Numbered from the stretch's first letter, positions 13,165 to 26,868 are shown. The stretch is DNA of 64,000 bases from Eledone cirrhosa (GCA_964016885.1 OZ024748.1:6386001-6450000); one strand, 5' to 3'. Program-made: numbers and translations. The notes: generated from the sequence alone by a model not told the origin.

Positions 13165-13353
13165 AGTGCGTCTGTGAGTGTATATATATTTGGATATATA
13201 TGTTAGCGCATAACAATCCTTAGTATATATCTATTTCTATATGTATGGGTAATATCTGGTTTTGCAAATGTGATTTATATAATAAAGTTAATGAATATAT
13301 AATGCAAATATATTCATATATACATATACATTATATATATAGATAATAATATG

Positions 13354-13389
<36 letters not shown>

Positions 13390-13442
13390 TGATATACATA
13401 TATATAATGTATATATATTATATATATAATATATATATATTC

Positions 13443-13497
<55 letters not shown>

Positions 13498-13584
13498 ATA
13501 TATATAATATATATATATACAAATAAATAAATAAATAAATAAATCTCCATCTCTCTCTATATATATTTATATTTATATATACAT

Positions 13585-13664
<80 letters not shown>

Positions 13665-13857
13665 GTAAAGCGTAAAGCAAAGTATGTATGTAAGGATTTT
13701 CTGTCCTATGTTTAAACTTTCATCGTTTCGATAGTAAATGTAAAACACAGTTTCTCATTTTCTGTTGAAACCGTTAGAAAAATATTTTCTGTTCATGTAA
13801 TAATATAAATGAATATTTGATGAATGTACACACACACACATACACACACACACACAC

Positions 13858-13940
<83 letters not shown>

Positions 13941-14062
13941 TATATATATATTCATATATATATACATATTTATATATATATATTTATAAATAAATACATA
14001 TAAATATAGATAAATATATATACGCACACACACACACACACACACACATATTTATGTGTGTA

Positions 14063-14101
<39 letters not shown>

Positions 14102-14174
14102 ATCTATATATTTCTATAGTATAAAGTATAAATATATATGTATATATATATATAAATAAATATATATATATGTA

Positions 14175-14268
<94 letters not shown>

Positions 14269-14592
14269 TATACATATATATATATACATATATATACACA
14301 CATACATATTTGATTAACAAATATCCGTAATTATACATGCTATATACACATATTTAAATATATATATAGAGAGATATATAATGCATATAAATGTATTTGA
14401 AATCCTCGTGCATTAAAAACGATTATTCTATTATGCACGAGTATAAATAACATATATACATATTGTTATATAAATAATATATAAATATATATTATTATAG
14501 ACAGTGATAAACATTGTAAGATCAGTGAAACATTAATTATTCAATGATGTTAATTTATAGATCACAGCAAACCTTTATTCAGACAAGCTCGC

Positions 14593-14652
<60 letters not shown>

Positions 14653-14674
14653 GTGTGTGTGCATTTATTTATGT

Positions 14675-15280
14675 CAGGTCACCAGTTGGTGCTACTGGTA
14701 ACATGTATCCCAGTACAACCTGTCCCATGGTCGGGTCGTTGGCGACTAAACTGGCAACCCCACCAAGGTTTCTTGGTGAGGAGGGTGACTTTGGACATCC
14801 TGCAGGACTAAAAACAAAACCTGTCAAAGGGCAAAGGAGCTCTTAAAAGTCAATGGCCATCCAAAATCACCGGGAGAGATGACCCCTTAGCCTTTGTCAA
14901 GGCAGAATTCTAGGAGAAGGAAAACTCTGATATCACACCTGCAACCCTGATGATATCCAATGATGTTGACTTGTTCTTCTTTTTGGTAAATATCATCTTG
15001 GTTAAGAGAGTGGGACTGGCTTTGTGCAGTGCCTTTGCTCACTATAAAAGCTTCACGGCACAGGCATTGCTTTATATCTGGAGATCTCTCTGCACTTGTC
15101 GTCACATGGCACCATGGGCCCAGCACTATGTGTCAATAATTGTCACATGTGTAGTGTTTGTACCGGGGTTTTCAAGTCGCTGGCCGGACTGAAAAGTCAC
15201 ACTCGTTCAGCGCATCGGTAGGGGTTCTCCTACATGGATATAAAGTAGTGGCCGTACTCGAAAACGAGTTGGCAGCCACC
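14675..15280 (+). mobile_element. Family A RTE-related retroposon, full copy with long target-site duplication
   Basis: Homologous to 661-1263. ATTTATGTGTGTGTGCATTTATTTAT occurs on both flanks (14647-14672 and 15295-15320). Confidence 0.85.
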
Positions 15281-15316
15281 ATATATATATATACATTTAT
15301 GTGTGTGTGCATTTAT

Positions 15317-15394
<78 letters not shown>

Positions 15395-15564
15395 GTATAT
15401 ATATATATTTATATATATATATATACATTTATATATATATATTTACATCTATATATATATACATAAACATTTATATATATATATATATAAATATATATAT
15501 ATATTTATATAAATAAATACATACACACATAAATATATATACATATATATATATACATACATAC

Positions 15565-15610
<46 letters not shown>

Positions 15611-15613
15611 ATA

Positions 15614-15655
<42 letters not shown>

Positions 15656-16144
15656 TATATATACATATATATATACAAACAAATTTATGTGTATATTTTA
15701 TTTATGTATTTATTTATATGTATGTATATATATATACCTGAGTATGCAATCATATATACATATGTGTGTGTGTGTGTCTGGGTACATATACATTAATATA
15801 TATGTGTATATAAATATGTAAGAATTAATGTCTGTATAAAAAAATCTGTTATGTTACAATTATGTTTAATTTCCTGTAAAACAAACCGCAAAAACACAAG
15901 GAAAACGACCCGCCCCGCCCCGCCCATGCATAATCAATAAATAATATACTAAAAAAATCATAACAAAGAGGTCATCGATGCTTCCGCAATTAATATAAAT
16001 TTAACGATCTACATGATAGAGGATCAATCGATATGATCTGTAGGTTGTTGAAACTGATGTATCGAGAAGCGCGAATACGGAGAGACAAAATAAATAAGGA
16101 TATATGCATATAAATAATTATATATGCATATACATAAATTTTCC

Positions 16145-16181
<37 letters not shown>

Positions 16182-16202
16182 GTATATATACATATTTATT
16201 TA

Positions 16203-16265
<63 letters not shown>

Positions 16266-16758
16266 TCATTCTTTGAGTAAAAGCACAATCTGTTCGTGAC
16301 ATTAGCTGGTTTCTAAGCGCGATTCCGTGTGACTTTCCCGGCCTTTGATTTGCTGGTCCAACTTCTTATTGTGTAGATTTGTGTGTATATATGGTTCAAA
16401 ACATAAATATGTATTATTATTGTGTAGATTTATGTGTATATATGGTTCAAAACATAAATATGTACAGTACGAGGTAGATGAATAAACTAATTTGAAATTA
16501 TACCAAAACAAGTAATATAAGGAATTATATAAAGCTATAAACAAATATTTATATAGAACAAGTGAAATTAAAGTTTAAGCAAAGAATTTATGCTTTTAAT
16601 GATAATGAATAGTTGCTTCACATGTTCATATATATCTTATATCTTATATATATATATATATAAATTAATATGTAAGTGATGAAACACAGATACCAACATA
16701 TCTGTATATATATTTTTCCTCATTCGAGCTGATTCCATTGTAAAAGAATTCATTACCT

Positions 16759-16806
<48 letters not shown>

Positions 16807-16853
16807 CCAGTAATTATAAATACGAATACCAAAGTGAGCTCGATAAGGATTGC

Positions 16854-16890
<37 letters not shown>

Positions 16891-16940
16891 TATACTCACA
16901 CACAAACCCACACACACTCATATATATATATATATATATA

Positions 16941-17062
16941 CGATATTAAACAAATGCATTTGTTTAATATCGTATATATACTCCAAAAACTTGTCGAGTG
17001 CTTTATATCAGTTATAAAATATTTACTTGTTGTAACCCAACAATTTAAAATAAAACCTTTGC
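16941..17062 (+). mobile_element. Family C element: 32-bp palindrome plus tail
   Basis: CGATATTAAACAAATG|CATTTGTTTAATATCG (16941-16972), then a tail with TGTCGAGTGC (16992-17001) homologous to 33353-33437. Confidence 0.75.
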
Positions 17063-17067
17063 ATATA

Positions 17068-17146
<79 letters not shown>

Positions 17147-17262
17147 TGTATTAAAAGTAGTTACAATTTAAAATTTAACAAAAGGACGTATCAGTATATA
17201 AAGAGTGGGTAAAAGGAAAGTTAACAAAAAAAATATTATGTATTTAACAAAGTATATTAACA

Positions 17263-17313
<51 letters not shown>

Positions 17314-17588
17314 AGATTGTGTAAATATACATATATATATATGTATATATTTATACACACACACACAAACACAGACACACAGACAACACACACAATCAAA
17401 AATATATAAAATGATTAACATAACTGTCTATATAAATCTGCGTGTGTACACTTATATATGTATAGTTGTATTCATTTGCCTCTAAAACACCCACACACAC
17501 GCAGACAACCAAACATTTTATTTCTCAATTTTTGCCTCTCTTTCTTTCTATATCTTACTATGTGTGCACACACTCTCAAATTTATGTC

Positions 17589-17630
<42 letters not shown>

Positions 17631-17727
17631 TATATATATATGAATATGTATTTATATATATATATATATATGTGTGTTTGTGTGTTTGTGCATATATAAA
17701 TATATACATATTTATATATTCATATAA

Positions 17728-17763
<36 letters not shown>

Positions 17764-17785
17764 TATATATATATGAATATGTATT

Positions 17786-17816
<31 letters not shown>

Positions 17817-17879
17817 TTGTGCATAAATAAATATATACATATTTATATATTCATATACATATATATTTCTCCGATATTG

Positions 17880-17931
<52 letters not shown>

Positions 17932-17954
17932 TATATATAAATATATATATATAT

Positions 17955-18210
17955 GAATATTTTCGAAACAGCCAGTGGGTTTGAAATTATTAGAAATGTA
18001 AATTATCGCCGTATTTTGACTAAAGAAATTAAAGAAATTATTTAGCCTGATAGAGGGGTTAAGAACCCTCGGAGAAATGGAAAAAGATGAGTATTGAAGT
18101 ACATGGGAGTCAATACTCATCTTTTTCCATTTCTCCGAGGGTTCTTAACCCCACTATCAGGCTAAATAATTTCTTTAATTTCTTTAGTCAAAATACGGCG
18201 ATAATTTACA

Positions 18211-18219
<9 letters not shown>
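17955..18219 (-). mobile_element. Family D hairpin-plus-tail element with 110-bp arms
   Basis: Arms 17988-18097 and 18110-18219, 12-nt loop, tail 17955-17987. Homologous to 32866-33128. Confidence 0.9.
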
Positions 18220-18269
<50 letters not shown>

Positions 18270-18378
18270 GGGAGTGTAACTTGGAGTTACTGTAGGTTCA
18301 CCCGGATGAGCACTCGATGTTTAGGTTCACTTCTGTGTCGAGGTGTAGAACTAGACAGTCTATTATATTGAAAAGAGA

Positions 18379-18452
18379 ACGGGGTCGATAAAATGAAGTA
18401 CCAGTAATGCACTGGGTAATTGCTGGCCTTGTGCCAAAAAGTAGAATCAATT
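18379..18452 (+). mobile_element. SINE 3' fragment
   Basis: ACGGGGTCGATAAAATGAAGTACCAGTAATGCACTGGGTAATTGCTGGCCTTGTGCCAAAAAGTAGAATCAATT. Confidence 0.8.
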
Positions 18453-18547
18453 ATATTGAAAGGATAACAAGGACCATTGGTTACTCCTTTATTACATTTA
18501 AATGTAATGAAGGAGTAACCAATCGTCCTTGTTATCCTTTCAATATA
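18452..18547. repeat. ~95-bp near-perfect palindrome
   Basis: ATATTGAAAGGATAACAAGGAC...ATTACATTT|AAATGTAAT...GTCCTTGTTATCCTTTCAATAT, with 2 mismatches. Confidence 0.85.
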
Positions 18548-18676
18548 TATATTCATGTTCATGTGTACATATTTATACATAAGTATGTTATATATATATT
18601 TATGTGTGTATGTGTGTATATATATAAATATTTATATACATATACATATCAATTTTTATAAATATGTATATATGTG

Positions 18677-18723
<47 letters not shown>

Positions 18724-19112
18724 ATATATATATATATACATATATATACTCCTGTCTCAGTACGCATTCACATTTACGAAGAAAAATGTGCTTTAAATTG
18801 GAACAACTAGCATTCAGTAAAAGTACATGTGAACGTCTGTATGTCTCTGTGGTTGTGCATCTGCATCCATGACTGCATATCTATGAATATGTGCATATTA
18901 TTGCATGTGTGCACATTACTGCATGTGTGATGTATGTGTATATTTAGCAAAAATTAACCGTTATATCTGGATTGGAGAGAATTTAAGTTTTCTGCTTCCA
19001 ATAAAATTATTGTATTCCTAAATAATCAAACACACACGCACACATAATAGCTACCTCTCGCTAACTCGCTCTCTCAAACACGTACACACAAACACAGATA
19101 CACACACAAACA

Positions 19113-19176
<64 letters not shown>

Positions 19177-19179
<3 letters not shown>

Positions 19180-19349
19180 TTATTAAAATAACAGATTAAA
19201 GTTTAAGCAAAGAATCAGTTTTCAACCTTAACGGGATCATTTAATCTGCTATTTTAATAAATATTTGCTCTACGGTTATATTTGATATATATATATTATC
19301 CTTATCGAGCCCTCTTTAGATTTTAGTCTTCAAATTTATTATTATTACT
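19177..19349 (+). mobile_element. Family E hairpin-plus-tail element
   Basis: Arms 19177-19200 and 19240-19263, tail motif TATCGAGCCC (19303-19312). Homologous to 47003-47178 and to tail fragments at 29837-29887 and ~16806-16852. Confidence 0.7.
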
Positions 19350-19382
19350 ATATATATATATATATATGGAAAGAAAGTGACC

Positions 19383-19468
<86 letters not shown>

Positions 19469-20522
19469 ATGCATACATATACACACACATATATATATAC
19501 ACACACACTCATACACACACATACACACACACATATATATACACACACATATATACAGACGCAGAGTATTCTATGCTAATAAATATGTATTTGACGTTAA
19601 AACCGCTAGAAATAGCACCGAAATGCCCCTCAAGTATACGTACATACACACATGCATACATACATATATACATAGTTGATGTTTTTTAAATTCCAATGTA
19701 ATAGTCTTGTGTCTATGTTAGAAACCAACTCTCTCTCTAACATTTGGTAAACATTTATGAAATTATAAAACCAGAACAACATACATACATATACGACGAT
19801 TATGTTAAATATAACCCATAAAATAATTTATTTATTAAGAAGGGAAAAATATATTTTAAACCTATTTCTCCGTCTTTACATTCTTCTCGTTTTCATTTTT
19901 CATATCTTCGTTCATTCCTTCTTTCACCTCTCTTTATATAATTTATAAATATTTATCTATATATATATTGATTCTCGGGGCTTTTTATTCTTACAGACAT
20001 TGGTGAGCGACCATCCTGGAGCACTGTCACTTTGATATAATTGATTATATACGATTGCGGTACTTATATTTCTAAGTTTGGTAATTATACATTCATCTCT
20101 TTTGTGTCGATCTGCAAAGCTATGAGAATTAAACACAAAGAGAGTGAGAGAGATACTCGTAAACAACATACATGTAAGAAAGGATTTCTACAAATACTCT
20201 CAACCAAATTCCACTCACAGGTCAACCCGATGCTATAGCAGAATGCGCTGGTCCAAACTAAGAAGAAACTGAACTAAATCCAGAACCAACTAGATGCTAA
20301 AATAACTCCTTAAACGATCAAATATTTTGCCATTAAAATATATATTGTTGGTATGATTTCGTTATTTAAAATAAATTAATTTGATTTGAAATAATAAAAT
20401 ATATTATGTCTCATCATTTTGTTTTTTTTTGCATTTTCTAAAAGTTAAGATAAATATGATTGGGAGGAAAAGCAATATATATATATATATATATATATAA
20501 TATGATATAATATAGTATAATA

Positions 20523-20603
20523 TAATTGTTTCTACTTTTGGCACAAGGCCAGCAATTATACCAGTGTATTACTGGTACTTTATTTTATCGACCCCGTAAG
20601 GAT
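20523..20603 (-). mobile_element. SINE 3' fragment
   Basis: Reverse complement of the SINE core and tail (TAATTGTTTCTACTTTTGGCACAAGGCCAGC...TCGACCCCGTAAGGATG). Confidence 0.8.
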
Positions 20604-20631
20604 GTAATATAGTATAATATAATATATTTTA

Positions 20632-20682
<51 letters not shown>

Positions 20683-21120
20683 CATATTTGTATAACATGG
20701 ATTATATATATATAATACATATTTATATATGTATATATAAATTATATATAAAATATATGTGTATATATATAATTTATATATTTATATATGAATATATAAT
20801 ATATGTAATTATATATATATAAATATATACAAATATATGCATATGTGTATATATACATATTTTATATATTTTAATTCATCGACCCCGGTAAAATGAAAGT
20901 TCTCTTTTGGCGAGATTAGAACTGAGAACCTAAAGGATCATAACCCTAACCACCATCTTATTAATTCTTTATTTAATGTCTTGTGTTGTTCTTATTTCTT
21001 TGTTAAATATTTCTTTATTCAATAAATATTAATTATTTCTAATGTAATACATGTATATACATTTATCCCTATGTAAATATATATATATTTGAGTGTGTGT
21101 GTATATGTCAGTATATATAC

Positions 21121-21160
<40 letters not shown>

Positions 21161-21162
21161 GC

Positions 21163-21176
<14 letters not shown>

Positions 21177-21196
<20 letters not shown>

Positions 21197-21258
21197 ATGA
21201 AAATACTATTAATTAGTACGGTGGTTTTAATATTCTAACATATTAGAAGGTCACCTAA

Positions 21259-21294
<36 letters not shown>

Positions 21295-21376
21295 TTAGGT
21301 GACTTTCTAATATGTTAGAATATTAAAACCACCGTACTAATTAATGGTATTTTCATTACTACTACTACTACTACTA
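21177..21376. repeat. 200-bp palindrome centred on a (TA)14 tract
   Basis: Arms 21177-21262 and 21291-21376 are inverse complements with 2 mismatches and include (AGT)n/(ACT)n. Confidence 0.9.
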
Positions 21377-22939
21377 ATACGAGAGCCCTACATACAAACA
21401 CGCAACCATTATTAAAAGCAGTTAATAATGTCCCGGAATCTTGCTGATGTCATTTAATTTCGATTACATCCTAATACTAACCCTTCCTGTACTGATTTCA
21501 TTTCTAATAACTGAAAACTAATTAATTATATACAAAAAATAAATTAATGAAATGAACTTGCTTCTGTTTCTACAATGATTTTACCAGTTGTTTATACAAC
21601 GGAACAACCCGCTTATGAAATTAACGTGTAATTGGTTGAACATTCCAATTGGTTGAACATTCCACATAATTCTCAGGCAGATTTAACATGAAACTTTGTG
21701 TGAATAAGACGGCTGGTCCTCCAAATGACAGGTACAGACCATCCACCGGGACCCCCAAAAGATCGCACCCATTCAATTTCCATCACATTACATAGGCTTA
21801 ATCAAGGTTATAGTAAATGTGATCAAACTCAAGACCTAACGATTATGAAACGTATGGCTTAAACCATTTGCAAATAATGCGTCCACACACATAAATATTT
21901 AAATACATAATTGTAAACTTTTTAAAACTTATGCAAATATATTTAGAAATCAATATTTAATGATGTTCAAATACTGTCAAAATCAAATTTGGCTCACTGG
22001 CTGCTAAGATCAATAAAATAAAATACCGGTGAAGAACTGTGATTGATTCTAAGTAAGAGATCAAAATTTGACCTTATAAGAGTGATAAGAAATTAGTAAA
22101 TGAAGAGATTATGAATTCACATAATTTTTGTTCAACTCATGCTACGGTCAACTTTGATTTTCTTGATTCTTGTTTGATAAAATGACCGCCAATCACTTAT
22201 AATGGTGGGTTATAATCAACTAACCCACCCAAATTTAAAATTCAAATATTAAAAATTAATATTTTATTCTATGAAAGGAAAATCAACGGAGGAAACCCTA
22301 GAGCAACAGATTAACAGACTTGGTGTGTTTTACTCCTTATTACGAGAGATTAAAAAGCTCAGAATAAGTGTACTACATACTAACTCTACTTAAGGTTGTA
22401 TCTCATACATGTCAGACTTCCTACTCTTTCCTCAAGATTCCTCTTTTCGATATCTTGGTTCTTATTTGTGACGATGTACCACAGTTCGAAGCGTAATATA
22501 TATTTCTTGGCGTAATAAAAGAAAGAAAAAAACATTTGATTTTCACACTTAGAATGTCTTTGATAATGGAAATAATGTTAATGATTGTTATGATGGCGAC
22601 GATGATGATTGTGATGACAATAATGGCGATGACTGTTTACATGAAGATGAGGATGACCACGGCGATGAAAGTTAGTGGAATGGCAACGAGATGAGATGAT
22701 TTTTGTTGTTGTTGTTTCTTTTTTGTTATGATAATGACAACGAAGGCAATGATGATGATGATAAAGATGATAAAGAGCTAAGGGGTGGGGTGGAGGAGGA
22801 GAAGGATCACAAATACAAATAAGTGTATTTTTTTTTTCTTTCATTTCCTATTAAGTATAAAAATGAATAAATAGATATAAAAATCCATCCTGAAGAAAGT
22901 ATAATTAAAAATCGATGGAAATTGCATTAAACATCAACA

Positions 22940-23177
22940 TCATTATCATCATCATCTTCATCATCATCATCGTCTATAATAATAATGATCATCATCATCA
23001 TCATCATCATCATGAGAAGAAAAAGAAAAAGAAAAAGAAAAAGAAGAAGAAGAAGAAGAAGAAGAAGAAGAAGAAGAAGAAGAAGAAGAAGAAGAAGAAG
23101 AAAAAAAAGAAAAAGAAGAAGAAGAAGAAGAAGAAGAAGAAGAAGAAGAAGAAGAAGAAGAAGAAGAAGAAGAAGAA
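22940..23177. repeat. (CAT)n and (GAA)n microsatellites
   Basis: Read directly; source of the poly-K, poly-R and poly-L ORFs. Confidence 0.9.
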
Positions 23178-24000
23178 TCACCACAATAACAACAAGAATG
23201 CCAATATCGTTAATATCCTTCCATTTCCCAGGGATAGGTAAGGTAATTTCCTGTGCAGTGATTGATATAAACAGTTGTAAATCCTAAAATCCGTTTCATT
23301 TTTTTTCTTAAAGGACGGTTTACATTTCATTTTCTCCATGTCTTCCTTGTGTTGTTGTTGCTGTTGTTGCTGTTGCTGTTGTTGTTGCTGTTTAATTTCC
23401 AATTTCTGTCTTTTGCTTTTTTGTTTTGTATGGTTTTGGTATTTATTCCTCGTGATCTTGGTTTTTCTTGATACATTATTGCACTCTAAGTCCTTCACTG
23501 ATGACAAATATAAACATTCTTAACACTAGTGTTATTTTTAGGTTTATTTTTATTTTTCCCTTATTTTATTATCTTCTATCCTTATTTCTATTCCACTTTC
23601 AATCTCACAATATTTCTGACCATTGTGGGAAAATAATTATTTTTCAAGATTGAACCTTTACAGAACTTGTGTATTTTTAATAGAAAAAATGATTCGTTTT
23701 TGTATTTCTTTCAGCATTTTTACTAATTACAAAATATTTTCCTAAATGTATATTTTTACTAAACGCAGAATATTTTACTAAAAGTATATTTTCAAATGTA
23801 TTTTATATGCGTGTAGTGTTAACTCAATGCTGTGGTTTAGTGTGATAGGGTTTGGAATGGAATGTTATCATTTGATAGACTTGGTATGGAATGGTACCAT
23901 TACTTGTAGTTGTGGCATGGTCTTGTACAATTCAGGAGAAACGGTATGGTGTATCGTGTGTTATGTATGCTATAATGTTGTATATATAGTATAGTATCAT

Positions 24001-24090
24001 TTTGCCTTTCATCCTTACGGGGTCGATAAAATAAAGTACCAATAATACACTGGGTAATTGCTGGCCTTGTGCCACAAGTAGAAACAATTA
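24001..24090 (+). mobile_element. SINE 3' fragment within a degenerate TGGTATA-rich region
   Basis: TTTGCCTTTCATCCTTACGGGGTCGATAAAATAAAGTACC...AAGTAGAAACAATTA. Confidence 0.8.
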
Positions 24091-25615
24091 TTTTGATATA
24101 GAATGGCATCAATTGGTAGATATTGTATGGCAACATATTGTATAATTTGGTTTAATGCGGTACATGTTGAATGGTATAATTTGATGTCAATTGTGTGGTA
24201 TCAAAGATATCAAATTGGTAAATATTGACTGGTATAATATCAGTTGGTATAATCTGTATGGTATAATACCATTTGATATAAATTGTATAGTGTGGTATTG
24301 CTTGGTATATGTACTCAGGTTATAATATTATTTGGTATAAATTGTATGAGTGGTATGATGGAACGGCTTACACTAATTATTGGAGGTATAATCCGGTATA
24401 GATATAATGTATGGTATAGCATATAATATGGTAACTTCCTCTAGCAAATCTCCGAGTGTCTTTCGTCTCTGGTCTGGTCTGAACAGATCTTCACTGATCC
24501 GGCTATAAACGTACTCTAAGATTGATATGAATTAATCTTTTCAATTTATACCAAATGTTGAAGTCACTACTCCTTATACACAAACTAAGATATATAAATT
24601 ATACATCAACACACACACATACATAAATACATACGTACAAACTCACATATATATAAAAATACATATATACACATATATATGAACACATACATACATGTAT
24701 ATATATATATAGAGAGAGAGAGAGACACACACACACACATACATGCGTACACACATATATAATCATACACATATTGTATTTTATAACCTTAGTGCCCACC
24801 TTCAAACCCACTCTGTCCATGATCGCATCCCGTATCTCAACCCACCCTACCCCTTACCAAAATATAAAACAAAAAAAGACCCAACAAAAAACAGCTCTCT
24901 AAAGAGGGAAAATACTAACCGACCCTATAAATACGTTTTATTGCAGTTTATAGGGGAGGAGATGCCGGAGTCGAGGGTAGGTCTCTTCTATTTATGACTT
25001 ATTTAGTTGCTTTTGTATATATTTGTTTATTTAGTTTGATATTGTTTTGTTGTTTATAGGTTATTTCTTTTTTATATATTTATTGCTTCTTTTTGTTTTA
25101 TTGTTCTTGTTGACATTTTATGTTTATGAACTAATGTGATGGTTGTTTTATTTATAATTAAGGCAACAACTACAACTACAACTACAACAGCAACAACGGC
25201 AGTAATAACAACTACAACAACACCAATAGCAACAACTGTAAAAACAACTACAACAACTACAACAAAAACTACAACAGCAAGAACAACTGTAACAACAACT
25301 ACAACAACAACACCAATAGCAATAACAACAGCAACAATCGCAGTAACAACAACAACTACAACAACACCAATAACAACAACTATAACAACAACTACAACAG
25401 CAAGACCCATAAAGAGGGAAATAACAAATGAGTGTGAAGAACGATGAGAGAGAGAGAAGAGAAGAGAAATGAAAGAGAGATAAGAGAAGAAAACAAAAAG
25501 AGAGAGAAAAATAAAGGGGAACATAAGGAGAGAGATAGCGAGACATAGTAATGGTAAAAAAATAAAAGACGAGAGATAAGGAAGAGAGACGCCGTAAATA
25601 TAGAGATAGTGAATG

Positions 25616-25656
<41 letters not shown>

Positions 25657-25716
25657 AAAGAGTAGGGACCCCCGACGGCTGAGCTCTTGCCATTTCAACA
25701 GCTAGTTCCGAAGAGG
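25657..25716. mobile_element. Family B fragment
   Basis: AGAGTAGGGACCCCCGACGGCTGAGCTC. Confidence 0.7.
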
Positions 25717-25741
25717 TGTATATATATATATATATATATAT

Positions 25742-25904
25742 ATATTTAATATAGAAAGGCTTCTACGGGACTAAGTCTGATGATTTCTACCGAATTAAAC
25801 AGTTCTAGTCCTCTAGAAGCCTTTCTATATTAAATATTTATACTCTGTTATGTATTGAGTTCCTTACTTACTGTGGTTACCCCCGATTGAACCCGGGATA
25901 AACT
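25742..25904 (+). mobile_element. Family F hairpin-plus-tail element with a degenerate hammerhead core in the loop
   Basis: Arms 25742-25773 and 25806-25837. Loop contains CTGATGA(25777-25783)-TTTC-TACC-GAAT-TAAA-CAGTTC. Tail TATTGAGTTC (25853-25862), homologous to 40671-40780. Confidence 0.75.
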
Positions 25905-25953
25905 TATATATATATATATATATACCAGTTATATATGGTTGTGTGTGTATGTG

Positions 25954-26069
<116 letters not shown>

Positions 26070-26416
26070 AAGAAACAGAGATAGACAGACAGACCCTATG
26101 ACAGAGTCATATATGAAGATATGGAGTGAGGGAAGATTTATTATTACAAGAGTTCAAACAAGTATGTGGCCATAAAAATCCAAATCTTTTGGAATCATGC
26201 GACACCGTTTAGAGTTTACTGCCCCACAACTTATAACAGTGCTGAACGGTAGTGGCTACCCCCGGGGTGAGAGAAGTAGCTGCGATAAAATAAAATATAC
26301 CGAAAAGAAATAAATATATAAACTGTCATATATTTTATGGGTTGTTTCTGTAATTGTGTTTGAGTACATATATATATATACATATATTGAGTATATATTG
26401 AGTATATATATATATA

Positions 26417-26652
26417 TTGTGCATTGTTGCATAATATATGCAGACGGATGGGGCAGTGCACCTTACTGCTGTATTAAGTGCGGCCGAAACTCGAGTCCGG
26501 GGACTATTATAGGCACCCGTTTTACGTGTGATGTATTGAGGCGAATAACTATGTGTATACTCTGGGAATGTATCCTACATTGCCTATTGAGTACGCTGAG
26601 ATACAACCAGTCCTGGCATTGATAAATATGCTGAGTCCGTCAACTCCTTATT
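26417..26652 (+). mobile_element. Degenerate hammerhead-bearing element
   Basis: CGGATGG(26445-26451)-GGC..GCAC/GTGC..GCC-GAAA(26486-26489)-CTCGAG-TC, giving a palindromic helix III and GUC triplet. TATTGAGTAC at 26585-26594. Confidence 0.55.
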
Positions 26653-26830
26653 ATTGGCAGTATCGGTAGAGGGTCGGACGCCATGCTTTGACGCATAGAG
26701 TTACGGCCCTTGCTATTCTGAGTTCAAATCCCGCCGAGGTTAACTTTGCCTTTCATCCTTACGGGGGTCGATAAAATAAAGTACCAGTAATGCACTAGGT
26801 AATTGCTGGCATTGTGCCCAAAGTAGAAAC

Positions 26831-26835
<5 letters not shown>
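26653..26835 (+). mobile_element. tRNA-derived SINE, near full length
   Basis: A box TGGCAGTATCGG (26655-26666), B box GAGTTCAAATCC (26720-26731). Central GCCTTTCATCCTTACGGGGTCGATAAAATAAAGTACCAG resembles, from memory, a conserved Meta-type SINE core. Ends in (TA)n. Confidence 0.9.

Positions 26836-26868
<33 letters not shown>

Noticed and set aside
14405-14441. 9-bp inverted repeat CTCGTGCAT/ATGCACGAG
   Set aside because: Too short, single-copy here, and without a tail motif.
15909-15925. Triple GC box CCCGCCCCGCCCCGCCC
   Set aside because: An isolated pentamer repeat with no supporting promoter or gene context.
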